Source: Abditibacteriaceae bacterium (GTDB lineage: Bacteria; Armatimonadota; Abditibacteriia; Abditibacteriales; Abditibacteriaceae). Taken from it: a DNA stretch of 64,000 bases. The position numbers and the translations under genes were made by a program. Below are positions 51,208-61,350 of the stretch, one piece after another; the first letter of the stretch is position 1, and every line of letters starts with the position of its first letter. Under the pieces are notes generated by a model, which worked only from the letters and a program-made list of their open reading frames with translations, made no database searches and was not told where the DNA came from. The stretch lies in NCBI GenBank assembly GCA_965277285.1, contig OZ255721.1, positions 2,976,001 through 3,040,000 of the forward strand. The letters are read 5' to 3'.

Positions 51208-52317
51208 TTAAGGGCGTTGCGTGGCCGCACGATAAGCTTCCAATGTCGTTTGCGCCTGGCGTTCCACCGTGAAATACGCGACACGCGCGCGACCTTTTTG
51301 TCGCAATTCCTGCTGCCATCCGGCGTCATCGAGTACTCGACTTAAACCTTGCGCGATGGCCTCGACGGAGTAAGGGTTGACGAGTTGCGCGGCTTCGCCG
51401 GCGACTTCGGGCATCGAAGAACAATCGCTGGTGAGAACCGGACAATCGCAGGCCATAGCTTCGAGGATCGGTAACCCGAAACCTTCGTACAAACTCGGAT
51501 AAGCGAAAAGCGTTGCGCCCGCATAAAGCGACGGCAGATCATCGTCTGGCACGTAACCGGTCGTGGTGACGTAAGGCGGTGAATTGTGTGACTCGTCGCC
51601 CCAGCCTTTTTTGCCGACGATGACCAGACGGTGCGGCTTGTCGGGATGCGCATCGAGTACTCGACCAAACGCTTCTATCAGGCGCGGCAGGTTCTTGCGC
51701 GGCTGCAAGACGCCCACGCTCAGCACATAAGGCGCGCTTCCCAACCCGTATTTGGCGCGCACGGCTTTAGTGCTTTGGGCGGTGATGTTCTGGCCAAAAT
51801 CTGGCGGCACGGCGTTGGGAGTCACGCTGATTTTGGAAGGGCGCACCCGCAAATAGCGCGCTATATCTTGGCGCGCGGCGTTGCTGACGGTTAGGATGCG
51901 CGTCGCGCGGCGCGCCGAAGAAGGCATGGCGCGGTTCATCACCAGGCGATGCAAGCGAGGAAACGTTTGCGGCAGAGCACGCCACACCACGTCATGAATC
52001 GTTGTGACGTAAGGGCACGGCAAGCCGTAGGGCGCCAAATATTGAAGATGCACCAGATCGGGACGCTCTTTGCGTGCCCAGATCGGCAAAGCGAGCAACG
52101 TCCAAACCCGCGAGTTCGGTGCTGCGATAACAACCGGATGGAAAACTTCTGACCTGGGCAAAACACCTTCGTCGTCGGGCGCAGCCAGCAGCAAGTCGAA
52201 GTGCCATTCACTGGCGCGCAAAGACAGGCGCGACAAACCGCGCAGCAAGTTGAGGCAATACGTGCGGTCGCCAGTCTTGTGCGCCAATACGGTGCGGCAA
52301 TCAATGGCGATTCTCAT
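51208..52317 (-). CDS. Glycosyltransferase family 4
   Basis: TIHD, VGVLQPRKN, YPSLYEGFGLPILEAMAC. Confidence 0.93.
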   Translation of the reverse strand: MRIAIDCRTVLAHKTGDRTYCLNLLRGLSRLSLRASEWHFDLLLAAPDDEGVLPRSEVFHPVVIAAPNSRVWTLLALPIWARKERPDLVHLQYLAPYGLPCPYVTTIHDVVWRALPQTFPRLHRLVMNRAMPSSARRATRILTVSNAARQDIARYLRVRPSKISVTPNAVPPDFGQNITAQSTKAVRAKYGLGSAPYVLSVGVLQPRKNLPRLIEAFGRVLDAHPDKPHRLVIVGKKGWGDESHNSPPYVTTTGYVPDDDLPSLYAGATLFAYPSLYEGFGLPILEAMACDCPVLTSDCSSMPEVAGEAAQLVNPYSVEAIAQGLSRVLDDAGWQQELRQKGRARVAYFTVERQAQTTLEAYRAATQRP

Positions 52318-52369
52318 AACAAGAAGTCCGCTGGGCCAACGCTTTTCACAAATCGAGTACTCGATTCGC

Positions 52370-52930
52370 TCAAGACGCCGCTTCGGTTTTAGCTTCGGCT
52401 GGAGTTGTTTCGACCGAAATGTTGTCGTTGGTGTAAATGCAAATGCTGGCGGCGATGCGCAAGGCGTTTTCGGCGATGTCGCGCGCGTTCATTTCGGTGT
52501 GGCGCAAAAGCGCGGTCGCGGCGCTCTGGGCGAAAGTTCCGCCGCTGCCAATCGCCGCCACACCTTCGTCCGGCTCGATTACGTCGCCGTTGCCCGAGAG
52601 CAGGAACATTTCGCTGGCGTTGGCCACAATCAACAAGGCTTCCAATCGTCGCAAAACGCGGTCGGTGCGCCAATCTTTGGCGAGTTCAACCGCGGCGCGC
52701 CGCAAATTGCCGCGATGCGCTTCCAGTTTCTGCTCAAACTTTTCAAACAACGTCATGGCGTCGGCGGCGCCACCGGCGAAACCGGCGATCACGTCGTTGT
52801 TCATGCGCCGCACTTTGCGCGCGCCATTTTTTACGATGTGATGCTCGACCGTGACTTGTCCATCACCGGCAATCGCGGTTTGATCGTTGCGGCGAACCGC
52901 GCAAATGGTTGTGGCGTGAAATTGTTGCAT
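52370..52930 (-). CDS. hslV: ATP-dependent protease peptidase subunit HslV
   Basis: [53 protein letters not shown]. Confidence 0.96.
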   Translation of the reverse strand: MQQFHATTICAVRRNDQTAIAGDGQVTVEHHIVKNGARKVRRMNNDVIAGFAGGAADAMTLFEKFEQKLEAHRGNLRRAAVELAKDWRTDRVLRRLEALLIVANASEMFLLSGNGDVIEPDEGVAAIGSGGTFAQSAATALLRHTEMNARDIAENALRIAASICIYTNDNISVETTPAEAKTEAAS

Positions 52931-53043
52931 GGAAATTAACCGCGAAAAGCGCGAAAAAAGAAATCGAGTACTCGAAACAGGGAATTGTGGCGTTTGGCGC
53001 GTGCTCTTTGTATTTCAATGTTGATCTACGATTCAGTGCTGAT

Positions 53044-53976
53044 TTACGATGTTATCTCGCAGCTTTCGTCGTTTGGACGCGGCTTGGTTAAAGCTGACAA
53101 CATTCCAGCCAAGTCGACCAGGCGGAAAAACGGATAAAGCGCGAGCGCGGGCGAGATCTGCCAATTTTTGAGGTTCAGGTCGCGCCGTCCATTTTGCAGG
53201 CGCCGCCAATCGAGCAAAACATTGCGCGCGTAAAGTGGGAATGCGGCCAGCGGCCCCAAACGCAGCCACGGTGTTTCCGGCAAAGTTGGATCGGTCCAGC
53301 AAGCGGCGACGGCATCATAACCCTGGCGAAAACGTTCGACGCGAAAGGGCTGCACTTCATGCAGCACAACCGCATTGGGCACCATCATCACCGGCGTTTT
53401 GCGGCGCTTTAATAATTGCGCGTGCGCGTAGCAGCGGCAACGCATCGGGCCGTGCGGCACGGGCGACTCAATCAAAGTATCGCGGCGAAAACCGGAATTA
53501 TTGGACGCGTAGCAGGCCAAAGTGCGATTGCCGCGCGGCAGCAGAAAGCCGAAATCCATCACGCTGCAAACCGACGCCAGAAAACCGCCATCGTAGCGCG
53601 TGAAGCCGCCCGTCGCGTGCACTTTGCCCGAACGCAGAACTTCCAAATGGCGTTCCAGCCAACCGTCTTGCGGCAGGCAATCGCCATCGAGATAAAGTAC
53701 AAAACGGCTTTGCGCTTGTTGCGCCGCTTTAGTTTTCGCTTCATCGTAGCTCAAGCCCAGCGCATCCACGCGCTCGACAGCGGGGAATTCGCGCGCCAAT
53801 AAATCGAGCAAAGCCTGGTCGCCATGAGTATCTGTGACGAGTACTTGCGTGTTGCCATGCGTTGCGGCCATTTGTGTGGCGGCTTGAAGAACGTTGCGAA
53901 AACGGCCAAAATCGCCGCCTTCCCCATGCGTATAACTTTCGACGACGATGCTGGCTTCCAATTTTTCGTTTTCCAT
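53044..53976 (-). CDS. Glycosyltransferase family 2-like
   Basis: FVLYLDGDCLP..GWL (DxD), ASNNSGFRR. Confidence 0.75.
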   Translation of the reverse strand: MENEKLEASIVVESYTHGEGGDFGRFRNVLQAATQMAATHGNTQVLVTDTHGDQALLDLLAREFPAVERVDALGLSYDEAKTKAAQQAQSRFVLYLDGDCLPQDGWLERHLEVLRSGKVHATGGFTRYDGGFLASVCSVMDFGFLLPRGNRTLACYASNNSGFRRDTLIESPVPHGPMRCRCYAHAQLLKRRKTPVMMVPNAVVLHEVQPFRVERFRQGYDAVAACWTDPTLPETPWLRLGPLAAFPLYARNVLLDWRRLQNGRRDLNLKNWQISPALALYPFFRLVDLAGMLSALTKPRPNDESCEITS

Positions 53977-54018
53977 ATCTTCGTTTTTCGTGGTTCGTAA
54001 TTGATTCAATCAAATCGG

Positions 54019-54960
54019 TTAGCGACGCTCGCCGTTTTTAATCATTTCCTCGACTTCTTCGCGGCTGGGCATCGAGATCTGCGCGCCCGCTTTTGTCGCG
54101 GAAAGCGCGGCAGCGGCATTGGCGAACAAAACGGCTTCTTCCAGATCGCGGCCTTGCGCGAGACAGCAGGCGATGGCGCCGGTAAAAGTGTCGCCCGCCG
54201 AAGTCGTGTCGGCGGCTTTGACGCGAAAGCCGGGAACGCGCGTCGCGCCATTTTGGTTGGTGACGAGCGCGCCGTGCTTGCCCAGCGTCATAATCACGGT
54301 TTGAACGCCCTTATCCAAAAGCGGGCGACTGGCATTGACCGCCGTGTGGATGCCGATTTCTTCGGCGCCCGTCAAGACCAGTGTTTCGGTTTCGTTGGCG
54401 ATTGTAATCGTGGTATTTTTCAACAGCGAAGAGGGCAGCTTGCGCACTGGAGCCGGATTCAAAACGACTTTGGTGCCGTTATCCGCCGCGAGTTGCGCCG
54501 CGTACTTGACAGTTTCCATTGGAATCTCGAGCTGCAAAATCATCACTTTGGCTTCTTGAATCGCTGGCAGCGCGCGATCCACATCGGCGGGCGTCAGGTT
54601 GATGTTGGCGCCAGGCGCCACGACGATCTGGTTTTCGCCGTTTTCATCGACGTAAATCAAGGCGACGCCGGACGCCGTGTCCTCATCGGTTATCAGATAA
54701 TCGGTGCCCAGTCCGATTTCTTGAAAAGAGCGGCGCGAGGCTTCGGCGAACAAGTCGTTGCCCAGGCGCGCCACGAGTTGCGTGTTCGCACCCAACTTGC
54801 AGGCGGCGAACGCTTGATTGGCGCCTTTGCCGCCAGCGTTCATCACGAAAGAGGAGCCCATCACGGTTTGTCCGGGCAGCGGAAGTTCGGCACAACGGAC
54901 GACCATATCCATATTCGATGAACCGATGACAATGACATCGCAAGCAGAACGGTTTGACAT
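54019..54960 (-). CDS. rbsK: Ribokinase
   Basis: GSSNMD, GGKGANQA, QLEIP, LNPAP, NETE, DTTSAGDTF. Confidence 0.95.
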   Translation of the reverse strand: MSNRSACDVIVIGSSNMDMVVRCAELPLPGQTVMGSSFVMNAGGKGANQAFAACKLGANTQLVARLGNDLFAEASRRSFQEIGLGTDYLITDEDTASGVALIYVDENGENQIVVAPGANINLTPADVDRALPAIQEAKVMILQLEIPMETVKYAAQLAADNGTKVVLNPAPVRKLPSSLLKNTTITIANETETLVLTGAEEIGIHTAVNASRPLLDKGVQTVIMTLGKHGALVTNQNGATRVPGFRVKAADTTSAGDTFTGAIACCLAQGRDLEEAVLFANAAAALSATKAGAQISMPSREEVEEMIKNGERR

Positions 54961-55116
54961 AATTTTCATTTCCCGACAGCGTTAAATTTGGTTTAAACAT
55001 TCTCTTCGTTGTTGCGAGTATCACGCGAACGGACAAAGGCGGCAAGACTGGCGGCTTTATGATAAAAACAAGAGCGAAATCGAGTACTCGATTACGCTTA
55101 ACGGAGACAATTCCTC

Positions 55117-56979
55117 ATGTCCAATACCGTTCAAACGACTGACATCGCCACGCAGCAAGCCCTCGCCGCGCAATTGCGCATTGACAGCATCCGTTGCACG
55201 ACCGCAGCGGGAAGCGGCCACCCGACTTCGGCCATGAGCGCCGCCGATTTGATGAGCGTTCTGCTCACCGATCACCTGCGCTACGACTTCAACAACCCCG
55301 ACGACCCGAACAACGACAGCCTGATTTTTTCCAAAGGTCACGCCTGTCCGCTACTCTACGCGGCCTACAAAGCCGTCGGCGCCATTTCTGATGCCGAACT
55401 TTTGACCTTGCGCAAGCTGGGCAGCCGCTTGGAAGGCCATCCGACGCCCGATATTCCGTGGGTCGAAGCCGCGACAGGTTCGCTGGGACAAGGCATTTCG
55501 GTCGGCATCGGCGACGCTTTGGCCGCGCATTTGGACAAGCGCGATTACAAAGTCTGGGTTATTCTGGGCGATAGCGAAATGGCCGAAGGCAGCGTTTGGG
55601 AAGCCTTCGCCGCCGCCAGCGAATACAAACTGAATAACATGGTCGCCATTCTCGACATGAACCGTTTGGGTCAGCGCGGCGAAACCATGCTGGGCTGGCA
55701 TTCGGAAATCTATGCGGCTCGTGCGCGCGCTTTCGGCTGGAACGCGGTCGAAATTGACGGCCACAACCTGGACGAAGTGCGCAGCGCCTTCGACATCGCA
55801 CAGAACTCCGAATTGCCGACTTGTATCATCGCCAAAACCGAGAAAGGTCACGGCATTAAGCTGACCGCCAATCAACCAGGCTGGCACGGCAAAGCCTTGA
55901 GCAAAGATCAGGCGACCGAAGCGATTGCAGAACTCGGCGGCAAAAACGATATGCTGATCCAGGTTCAAAAACCCGCTGACGATACCACGCCGAGTACTGG
56001 ATTTGTGGCGGGCGCGCTCGAACTTCCCAAATACACGTTGGGCGAAAAAGTCGCGTGCCGCAAAGCGTATGGCGACGCTCTCAAAGCGATTGGCGCGGCG
56101 GACGAAAGCGTGGTCGCGCTGGACGCCGAAGTTTCCAACTCGACGTTTTCCGACCAGTTCGGCAAAGCCTTTCCCGACCGTTTCTTTGAAATGTTCATCG
56201 CCGAGCAATTGTTGGTGAGCGCCGCGACCGGCTTGCAAAACCGTAAGAAAAAGCCGTATTGCTCGACTTTTGCGGCGTTCTTCGCGCGCGCTTATGACCA
56301 GATTCGCATGGGTGCCATTTCGCAGGCCGATATCAAATTGGCGGGAAGTCACGCTGGCGTTTCCATCGGCGAAGACGGCCCGTCGCAGATGGCGCTGGAA
56401 GACTTGTCGATGATGCGTGCCGTTCACGGCTCGACGGTTTTATATCCCAGCGATGCAACTTCAACCGCCGCACTGGTCGCGGAAATCAAGGACATTCCCG
56501 GCATTTCGTTCATCCGCACTACGCGCGAAGCGACGCCGGTTCTTTACGAATCAACTGAGAAGTTTCCGATTGGCGGCTCCAAAACTTTGCGCTCATCCGA
56601 TAACGATGTGGCGACAATTATCGGCGCCGGAATCACGATTCGTGAGGCTTTGACGGCTTACGAGCAGTTGAAAGGCGAAGGCAAAACTGTTCGAGTACTC
56701 GATGTGTATTCGGTCAAGCCGATTGATGTCGCGGCGATTGCCAAAGCCGCCAAGGAAACGCGCCATTTAGTGGTTGTCGAAGACCACTGGAAAGAAGGCG
56801 GCATCGGCGACGCGGTTCTGGCGGCTTTGGCCGATGCGCAGGAAGACGGCAAGCTGAACGGCGAAGCGGCGAAGTTTACGCATTTGTGCGTGCGCAAAAT
56901 GCCACGCTCGGCGACGCCCGACGAATGCCTGGCCGACAACAACATCAGCGCGGCGGACATTGTCAACGCCGTGAAATAG
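55117..56979 (+). CDS. tkt: Transketolase
   Basis: GSGHPTS, SKGHA, LEGHPTP, TGSLGQG, GDSE..EGSVWEA, GEDGPSQ. Confidence 0.96.
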   Translation: MSNTVQTTDIATQQALAAQLRIDSIRCTTAAGSGHPTSAMSAADLMSVLLTDHLRYDFNNPDDPNNDSLIFSKGHACPLLYAAYKAVGAISDAELLTLRKLGSRLEGHPTPDIPWVEAATGSLGQGISVGIGDALAAHLDKRDYKVWVILGDSEMAEGSVWEAFAAASEYKLNNMVAILDMNRLGQRGETMLGWHSEIYAARARAFGWNAVEIDGHNLDEVRSAFDIAQNSELPTCIIAKTEKGHGIKLTANQPGWHGKALSKDQATEAIAELGGKNDMLIQVQKPADDTTPSTGFVAGALELPKYTLGEKVACRKAYGDALKAIGAADESVVALDAEVSNSTFSDQFGKAFPDRFFEMFIAEQLLVSAATGLQNRKKKPYCSTFAAFFARAYDQIRMGAISQADIKLAGSHAGVSIGEDGPSQMALEDLSMMRAVHGSTVLYPSDATSTAALVAEIKDIPGISFIRTTREATPVLYESTEKFPIGGSKTLRSSDNDVATIIGAGITIREALTAYEQLKGEGKTVRVLDVYSVKPIDVAAIAKAAKETRHLVVVEDHWKEGGIGDAVLAALADAQEDGKLNGEAAKFTHLCVRKMPRSATPDECLADNNISAADIVNAVK

Positions 56980-56991
56980 AAGTTTGTGATT

Positions 56992-57020
56992 GTACGGGCG
57001 ACCCAGCGAGTCGCCCGTAC
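56992..57020. repeat. Family E-like REP
   Basis: GTACGGGCGAC-CCAGCGA-GTCGCCCGTAC. Confidence 0.6.
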
Positions 57021-57040
57021 GTTGCATTTACGCCGTATTT

Positions 57041-57550
57041 ATGTCTCACCAAAACCCCAAAGTCGTTCCTGCGCCGTGGACATTGCGCGGCGACGCTTTC
57101 GCCTTTGTCGATCGAGTACTCGAACGTCGCATTGGCGTGCGCGCTTTCGTGCATTACACGCATTCGCCGGTCGGCGCTTACAACGAAATGGCGTCCGCAG
57201 TTTTGACGCGGCGCGGTGTTTCAGTCATCGAAATGCCGGTTACTCTTCTATCTTCGATGATCGGAGGACGCGAAAATTGGGGTTATCCCAAAACGTTGGA
57301 ATCCATCGAATGGGCGCGCAACGACAAACGCGTGCTCGTTCGTTTTCGCAACCGCAACATTCGCGCGCGCTTGTCGCGTTTCTCGTTTCCGATTTCTGCC
57401 AAAGCGTGGACAGTGCAAAACCTGGACGGAAACCAAGTTCGCGCGCCTTTGCAGATTTCAGGGCGCACGCATTTCGCGTTGGTCGGAAAACGTTTGGGCG
57501 TCTTCGTCGAAGATTTCACGATGACGGTTTTCGCGCCGGAGAAACTGTGA
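57041..57550 (+). CDS. Acetoacetate decarboxylase-like protein
   Basis: PAPWTLRG, Y..SPVGAYNE, GGRENWGYPK. Confidence 0.7.
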   Translation: MSHQNPKVVPAPWTLRGDAFAFVDRVLERRIGVRAFVHYTHSPVGAYNEMASAVLTRRGVSVIEMPVTLLSSMIGGRENWGYPKTLESIEWARNDKRVLVRFRNRNIRARLSRFSFPISAKAWTVQNLDGNQVRAPLQISGRTHFALVGKRLGVFVEDFTMTVFAPEKL

Positions 57551-57840
57551 AATCCGTAACAATATTGAGAAATCCTAACTTCGCAAGTTGGTATTTTGCC
57601 GGTGGCACAATCGGTTTATTTCTTGGTTGGTTGTTGTGTTTCTTGTTGGTTCATCATCGAGTTATTGCAGAATATCATGCAGGAACATTTGCAGAAGCCC
57701 TGAATGCGTGTCGGGAAGATCAAGCGGATATGTGTGGCGATTACTTCTTGCAACTTTATGGTAGATATTGCGTGGCTTATGTGCCAACCAGTTTCCTTTT
57801 GGGTTTGATTAGTGTTTTTGTCGTCACAAGAAAGAAATAA
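57547..57840 (+). CDS. Small hypothetical membrane protein
   Basis: GTGA overlap with the upstream gene, two TM segments, AT-rich. Confidence 0.45.
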   Translation: MKSVTILRNPNFASWYFAGGTIGLFLGWLLCFLLVHHRVIAEYHAGTFAEALNACREDQADMCGDYFLQLYGRYCVAYVPTSFLLGLISVFVVTRKK

Positions 57841-57898
57841 GTTGAATAGCCGGACGCAATTCCGAGCAGCCACACATTCTCAAACCATAACTTTGCTG

Positions 57899-58669
57899 AT
57901 GAAACTCACATTTTTAGGAACTGGAACCAGTTATGGCGTGCCTTTTGTGGCGTGCGATTGCGCGGTTTGCACATCGACCAATCCGCGCAATAAACGCTTG
58001 CGCGCCTCGATTCTGGTCGAGACATCGAGTACTCGAATCCTGATCGACACGACGCCCGATTTGCGACAGCAATTGTTGCGCGAAAAAGTGCGCGATTTAT
58101 CGGCTGTTTTCTGGACGCATTCGCACAACGATCACATTATTGGGCTGGACGATCTGCGTCCGATTTGCAATCGCATCGGCTACATTCCGGGCTTTGCTGA
58201 TGAAGCGACAAGCGAGCATTTACAACGTATTTTTGGTTACGCTTTTGTGCCCGATCAGGAAGCGAACTTTCCGCGCGTCACGTTGCGCACTCTATCGCCG
58301 TTTGAAAGCGTCGAAATTGATGACGTTCGCATCACGCCAATTCCAATTTGTCACGGCACGCGCACGATTTTCGCGTATCGTTTTCAAGCCGAAAACCGAA
58401 CTCTGGTTTACGCGACCGATTGCTCGCAAATTCCCGACGCTTCGCGCGAAGCGATGCGTAATGCTGATGTTTTAGTTTTGGGCGCGCTGCGTCACAAACC
58501 GCATCCGGCGCATTTTTCGCTGAGTGAAGCCTTGAGCGAAGTCGCACTATTGAACGCTAAACGTGCTTTTTTTACGCATATCTCGCACGACTTGGATCAT
58601 GATGAAACAAATACGACCTTGCCACAGAATGTTCGCCTGGCGTTTGATGGTTTGAGTGTCGAAGTTTAG
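57899..58669 (+). CDS. MBL-fold metallo-hydrolase (PhnP-like)
   Basis: FLGTGTS.GVP...C.C.VC, IDTTPDLRQQ, THSHNDHIIG, THISH. Confidence 0.92.
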   Translation: MKLTFLGTGTSYGVPFVACDCAVCTSTNPRNKRLRASILVETSSTRILIDTTPDLRQQLLREKVRDLSAVFWTHSHNDHIIGLDDLRPICNRIGYIPGFADEATSEHLQRIFGYAFVPDQEANFPRVTLRTLSPFESVEIDDVRITPIPICHGTRTIFAYRFQAENRTLVYATDCSQIPDASREAMRNADVLVLGALRHKPHPAHFSLSEALSEVALLNAKRAFFTHISHDLDHDETNTTLPQNVRLAFDGLSVEV

Positions 58670-58676
58670 AGTGTCG

Positions 58677-58767
58677 CAACGAGCCCGAGGCGTAAGCGAG
58701 GGAGCTTGATTAGGTGTGACTCAATCTCCCTCGCTTACGTCCGCCCAAAGGGCACCCGGGTTCGTTG
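58677..58767. repeat. REP-like palindrome family B with internal insert
   Basis: CAACGAGCCCG..GCGTAAGCGAGGGAG...CTCCCTCGCTTACG[TCCGCCCAAAGGGCACC]CGGGTTCGTTG. Confidence 0.75.
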
Positions 58768-58777
58768 AAATGTCATT

Positions 58778-59542
58778 ATGACAATCTCGCTCCAAAACCA
58801 AACCGTTGTTGTGACAGGCGGCGCGAAACGCGTTGGGCGCGCGATTGCGACCGAATGTGCCGCGTCTGGCGCCAACGTTGCGATTACGTTCAACACTTCG
58901 GAAAACGAAGCGCAGGAATTAGTCGAACAACTGCGCATCGAGTACTCGAATCAGCGGTTTGGATGTTTTCAATGCGAACTTTCGCGCGATGATGAAGTGC
59001 GGAAATTAGTCGTTGATGCCGTGCAAACCTTTGGACGCGTGGATGCTTTGGTCAACAATGCAGCGATTTTTCGGCGCACGCCTTTTGAAACGATGAACGA
59101 AAGCGATTTCGACGTCCACATCGCGTCCAATCTCAAAGCGCCATTTTTGACGTGCAAACATTTCGGCGATATTTTCCTTCAGCAAAAAAGCGGCGCGATA
59201 ATCAACATCGCCGATATTCATGGCTTGAAGCCATTGAAAAACTACATTCCGTATTGCGTTTCCAAAGCGGGGCTTATCTTACTCACAGAAGGCTTGGCCA
59301 AAGCTTTGGCGCCGCATGTTCGCGTAAATTGCATTTGTCCCGGCACGATTTTGCCGCCTTCGGAAACGCAAGGCAACAGTGAAGATTACAGCGACGACAT
59401 GGCGCAGTTGACGGCGCGCATTCCGCTGGGACGCATCGGTTCGCCCGAAGAAATCGCGCAAACCGTGATTTTTTTGATTAGCGGCCCCAAGTTCATTTCG
59501 GGCGCAATTTTGGCAGTGGATGGCGCAGAACATTTGCGCTGA
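58778..59542 (+). CDS. SDR oxidoreductase (pteridine reductase/FolM-like)
   Basis: VTGGAKRVGRAI, LVNNA, YCVSK, LAPHVRVN. Confidence 0.88.
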   Translation: MTISLQNQTVVVTGGAKRVGRAIATECAASGANVAITFNTSENEAQELVEQLRIEYSNQRFGCFQCELSRDDEVRKLVVDAVQTFGRVDALVNNAAIFRRTPFETMNESDFDVHIASNLKAPFLTCKHFGDIFLQQKSGAIINIADIHGLKPLKNYIPYCVSKAGLILLTEGLAKALAPHVRVNCICPGTILPPSETQGNSEDYSDDMAQLTARIPLGRIGSPEEIAQTVIFLISGPKFISGAILAVDGAEHLR

Positions 59543-59769
59543 ACAAAGATTATTCTCAAGTTATGTATGTCATGGCAACCAAATCCAGAAAACAACGTCT
59601 TGGGGAAACTTTGCCCCCCAAATTGCTCTGTGAAGCGCGCTTACGACTTTACTGAGCGCAGAACGACGCACCAATCTCATCTTCTTTGTTGTGAAATGTG
59701 CCAGGCATATTTGGCTACTTCGTTGCTGGAAGGTCAGGGTGCGAGTTGTACAAGTTTTATATTTTTGAT

Positions 59770-61164
59770 ATGGCGTATATTCTTGTAGTCGAAGATGATC
59801 CTGAAATCAATGCGTTGATGGCGCTGACGTTGCGTGTCGAGGATTATGAGGTGGCGCAGGCGCGCGATGGCAAGCAGGCGCTTCAAATGGTGGTCGAACG
59901 CTTGCCCGATTTGATTTTGCTTGATGTGATGATGCCGCATCTTTCGGGCTATGAAGTCGCGCGCGTGTTGCAAAAGGACGCCGCGACGCGTCACATCCCA
60001 CTGATTTTCGTGACGGCCAAAAGCGACACGGAAGATCGCGTGCGCGGTCTGGAAATGGCGATTGATTATGTGTGTAAACCTTTCGCGGCGCCCGAGCTGA
60101 TCGCGCGCGTGCGTGCCGCATTGCGCATGAGCAAGTTGCAGGAACAACTGCGTGCCAGCAACGAAAAACTGGCGCAACTGGCGACCACCGATTCGCTGAC
60201 GGGTTTGTGCAACCGTCGTCATTTTTATCTTGAATTGGAAGACGAAATGCAGCGCGCGCGACGCTTCGGGCAACCGATGTCGGTCATTATGTTCGACCTG
60301 GATCACTTCAAGCGCATCAACGATACCTGGGGCCATCCGCAGGGCGATCTTGTTTTGCAAGCGTTCGCTCGAGTACTCGAAAACACCAAGCGCAGCATTG
60401 ACACTGTGGCGCGTTTGGGTGGCGAAGAGTTTGGCGCGCTTTTGCCGGCCACCGGCTTCGATGGCGCCTGTGCTTTCGCCGAAAAAGTGCGTCAGTCGAC
60501 GGCGAAAATGAACATTCCCGGCCTGCTTGCCGAGGGCGCTGCTGAGGGCGCTGCCGAAGGTATTGCCGAGGGCTCCGCTTCAAGCGATGACGCAAATAAC
60601 TGGCAAATTACCGTTTCCGTCGGAGCTGCCGTGGCTGAGCGTCTGGAACCTTTGGGCGAAACGTTTATTGCGGATGTTGGCGTGTCGAATGCTGGCGACG
60701 TAATCAGCCAGATAAGCGGAAGTGAAATGCCGCATGTCCCAGTGGCCAAAGAAGAAGCGACTGGAATCGTTGAAGTCAATCAAACTTCGCCGCTTGCAGG
60801 GCATATCGAAGCCGGTACTGAAGTGCTTGCTGAAGCCAGCCACGTGCAGCACCAAGCCGTGAGTCCTGACGCCTTTTTATTGACAGGGGCCGAAACGGTT
60901 TCGGTGCGCAGTTCGGTGCGTAGCGCACTTCAGGACGCAGCCATGCGCGCTGCGCAAGGTGTGGAAAATGGATTGCATGATTTGCAGGACGCTGATGCCA
61001 AGCTCTCGCCAGAAGGGCAGGAATTCGTAAAAGTTGCTGACCGTATGCTTTATCAATCGAAAGCGGCGGGACGCAATTGCACGACCGCCGAAATTATTTT
61101 TGAAGTCCCTACGACGCATTCTTCTGTTGATGATGCGCCAGACTCCGAAATCGCACGCTCGTAA
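59770..61164 (+). CDS. Response regulator diguanylate cyclase (REC + GGEEF)
   Basis: ILVVEDD, LLDVMMP, TDSLTGLCNRR, DLDHFKRIND, RSID..ARLGGEEF, ADRMLY..K..GRN. Confidence 0.93.
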   Translation: MAYILVVEDDPEINALMALTLRVEDYEVAQARDGKQALQMVVERLPDLILLDVMMPHLSGYEVARVLQKDAATRHIPLIFVTAKSDTEDRVRGLEMAIDYVCKPFAAPELIARVRAALRMSKLQEQLRASNEKLAQLATTDSLTGLCNRRHFYLELEDEMQRARRFGQPMSVIMFDLDHFKRINDTWGHPQGDLVLQAFARVLENTKRSIDTVARLGGEEFGALLPATGFDGACAFAEKVRQSTAKMNIPGLLAEGAAEGAAEGIAEGSASSDDANNWQITVSVGAAVAERLEPLGETFIADVGVSNAGDVISQISGSEMPHVPVAKEEATGIVEVNQTSPLAGHIEAGTEVLAEASHVQHQAVSPDAFLLTGAETVSVRSSVRSALQDAAMRAAQGVENGLHDLQDADAKLSPEGQEFVKVADRMLYQSKAAGRNCTTAEIIFEVPTTHSSVDDAPDSEIARS

Positions 61165-61244
61165 GCGTTCTCCTTGCAAGCGTTCTCCCTCAAGCGTTCT
61201 GCCTCAAGCGTTCTGCCTCAAGCGTTCTGCCTCAAGCGTTCTGC
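61163..61244. repeat. 14-bp tandem repeat AAGCGTTCTGCCTC (about 6 units)
   Basis: Direct reading. The array begins inside the stop codon of the diguanylate cyclase gene. Confidence 0.9.
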
Positions 61245-61350
61245 TTGTCGCGCTACAATCGAGTACTCGATTGCAGCAATATGATTCGCAATATGCGGAA
61301 CGACCTCGGTCGGTTTCCAAGTTCATCGCACGCTTCTATACTCTTGTGCG

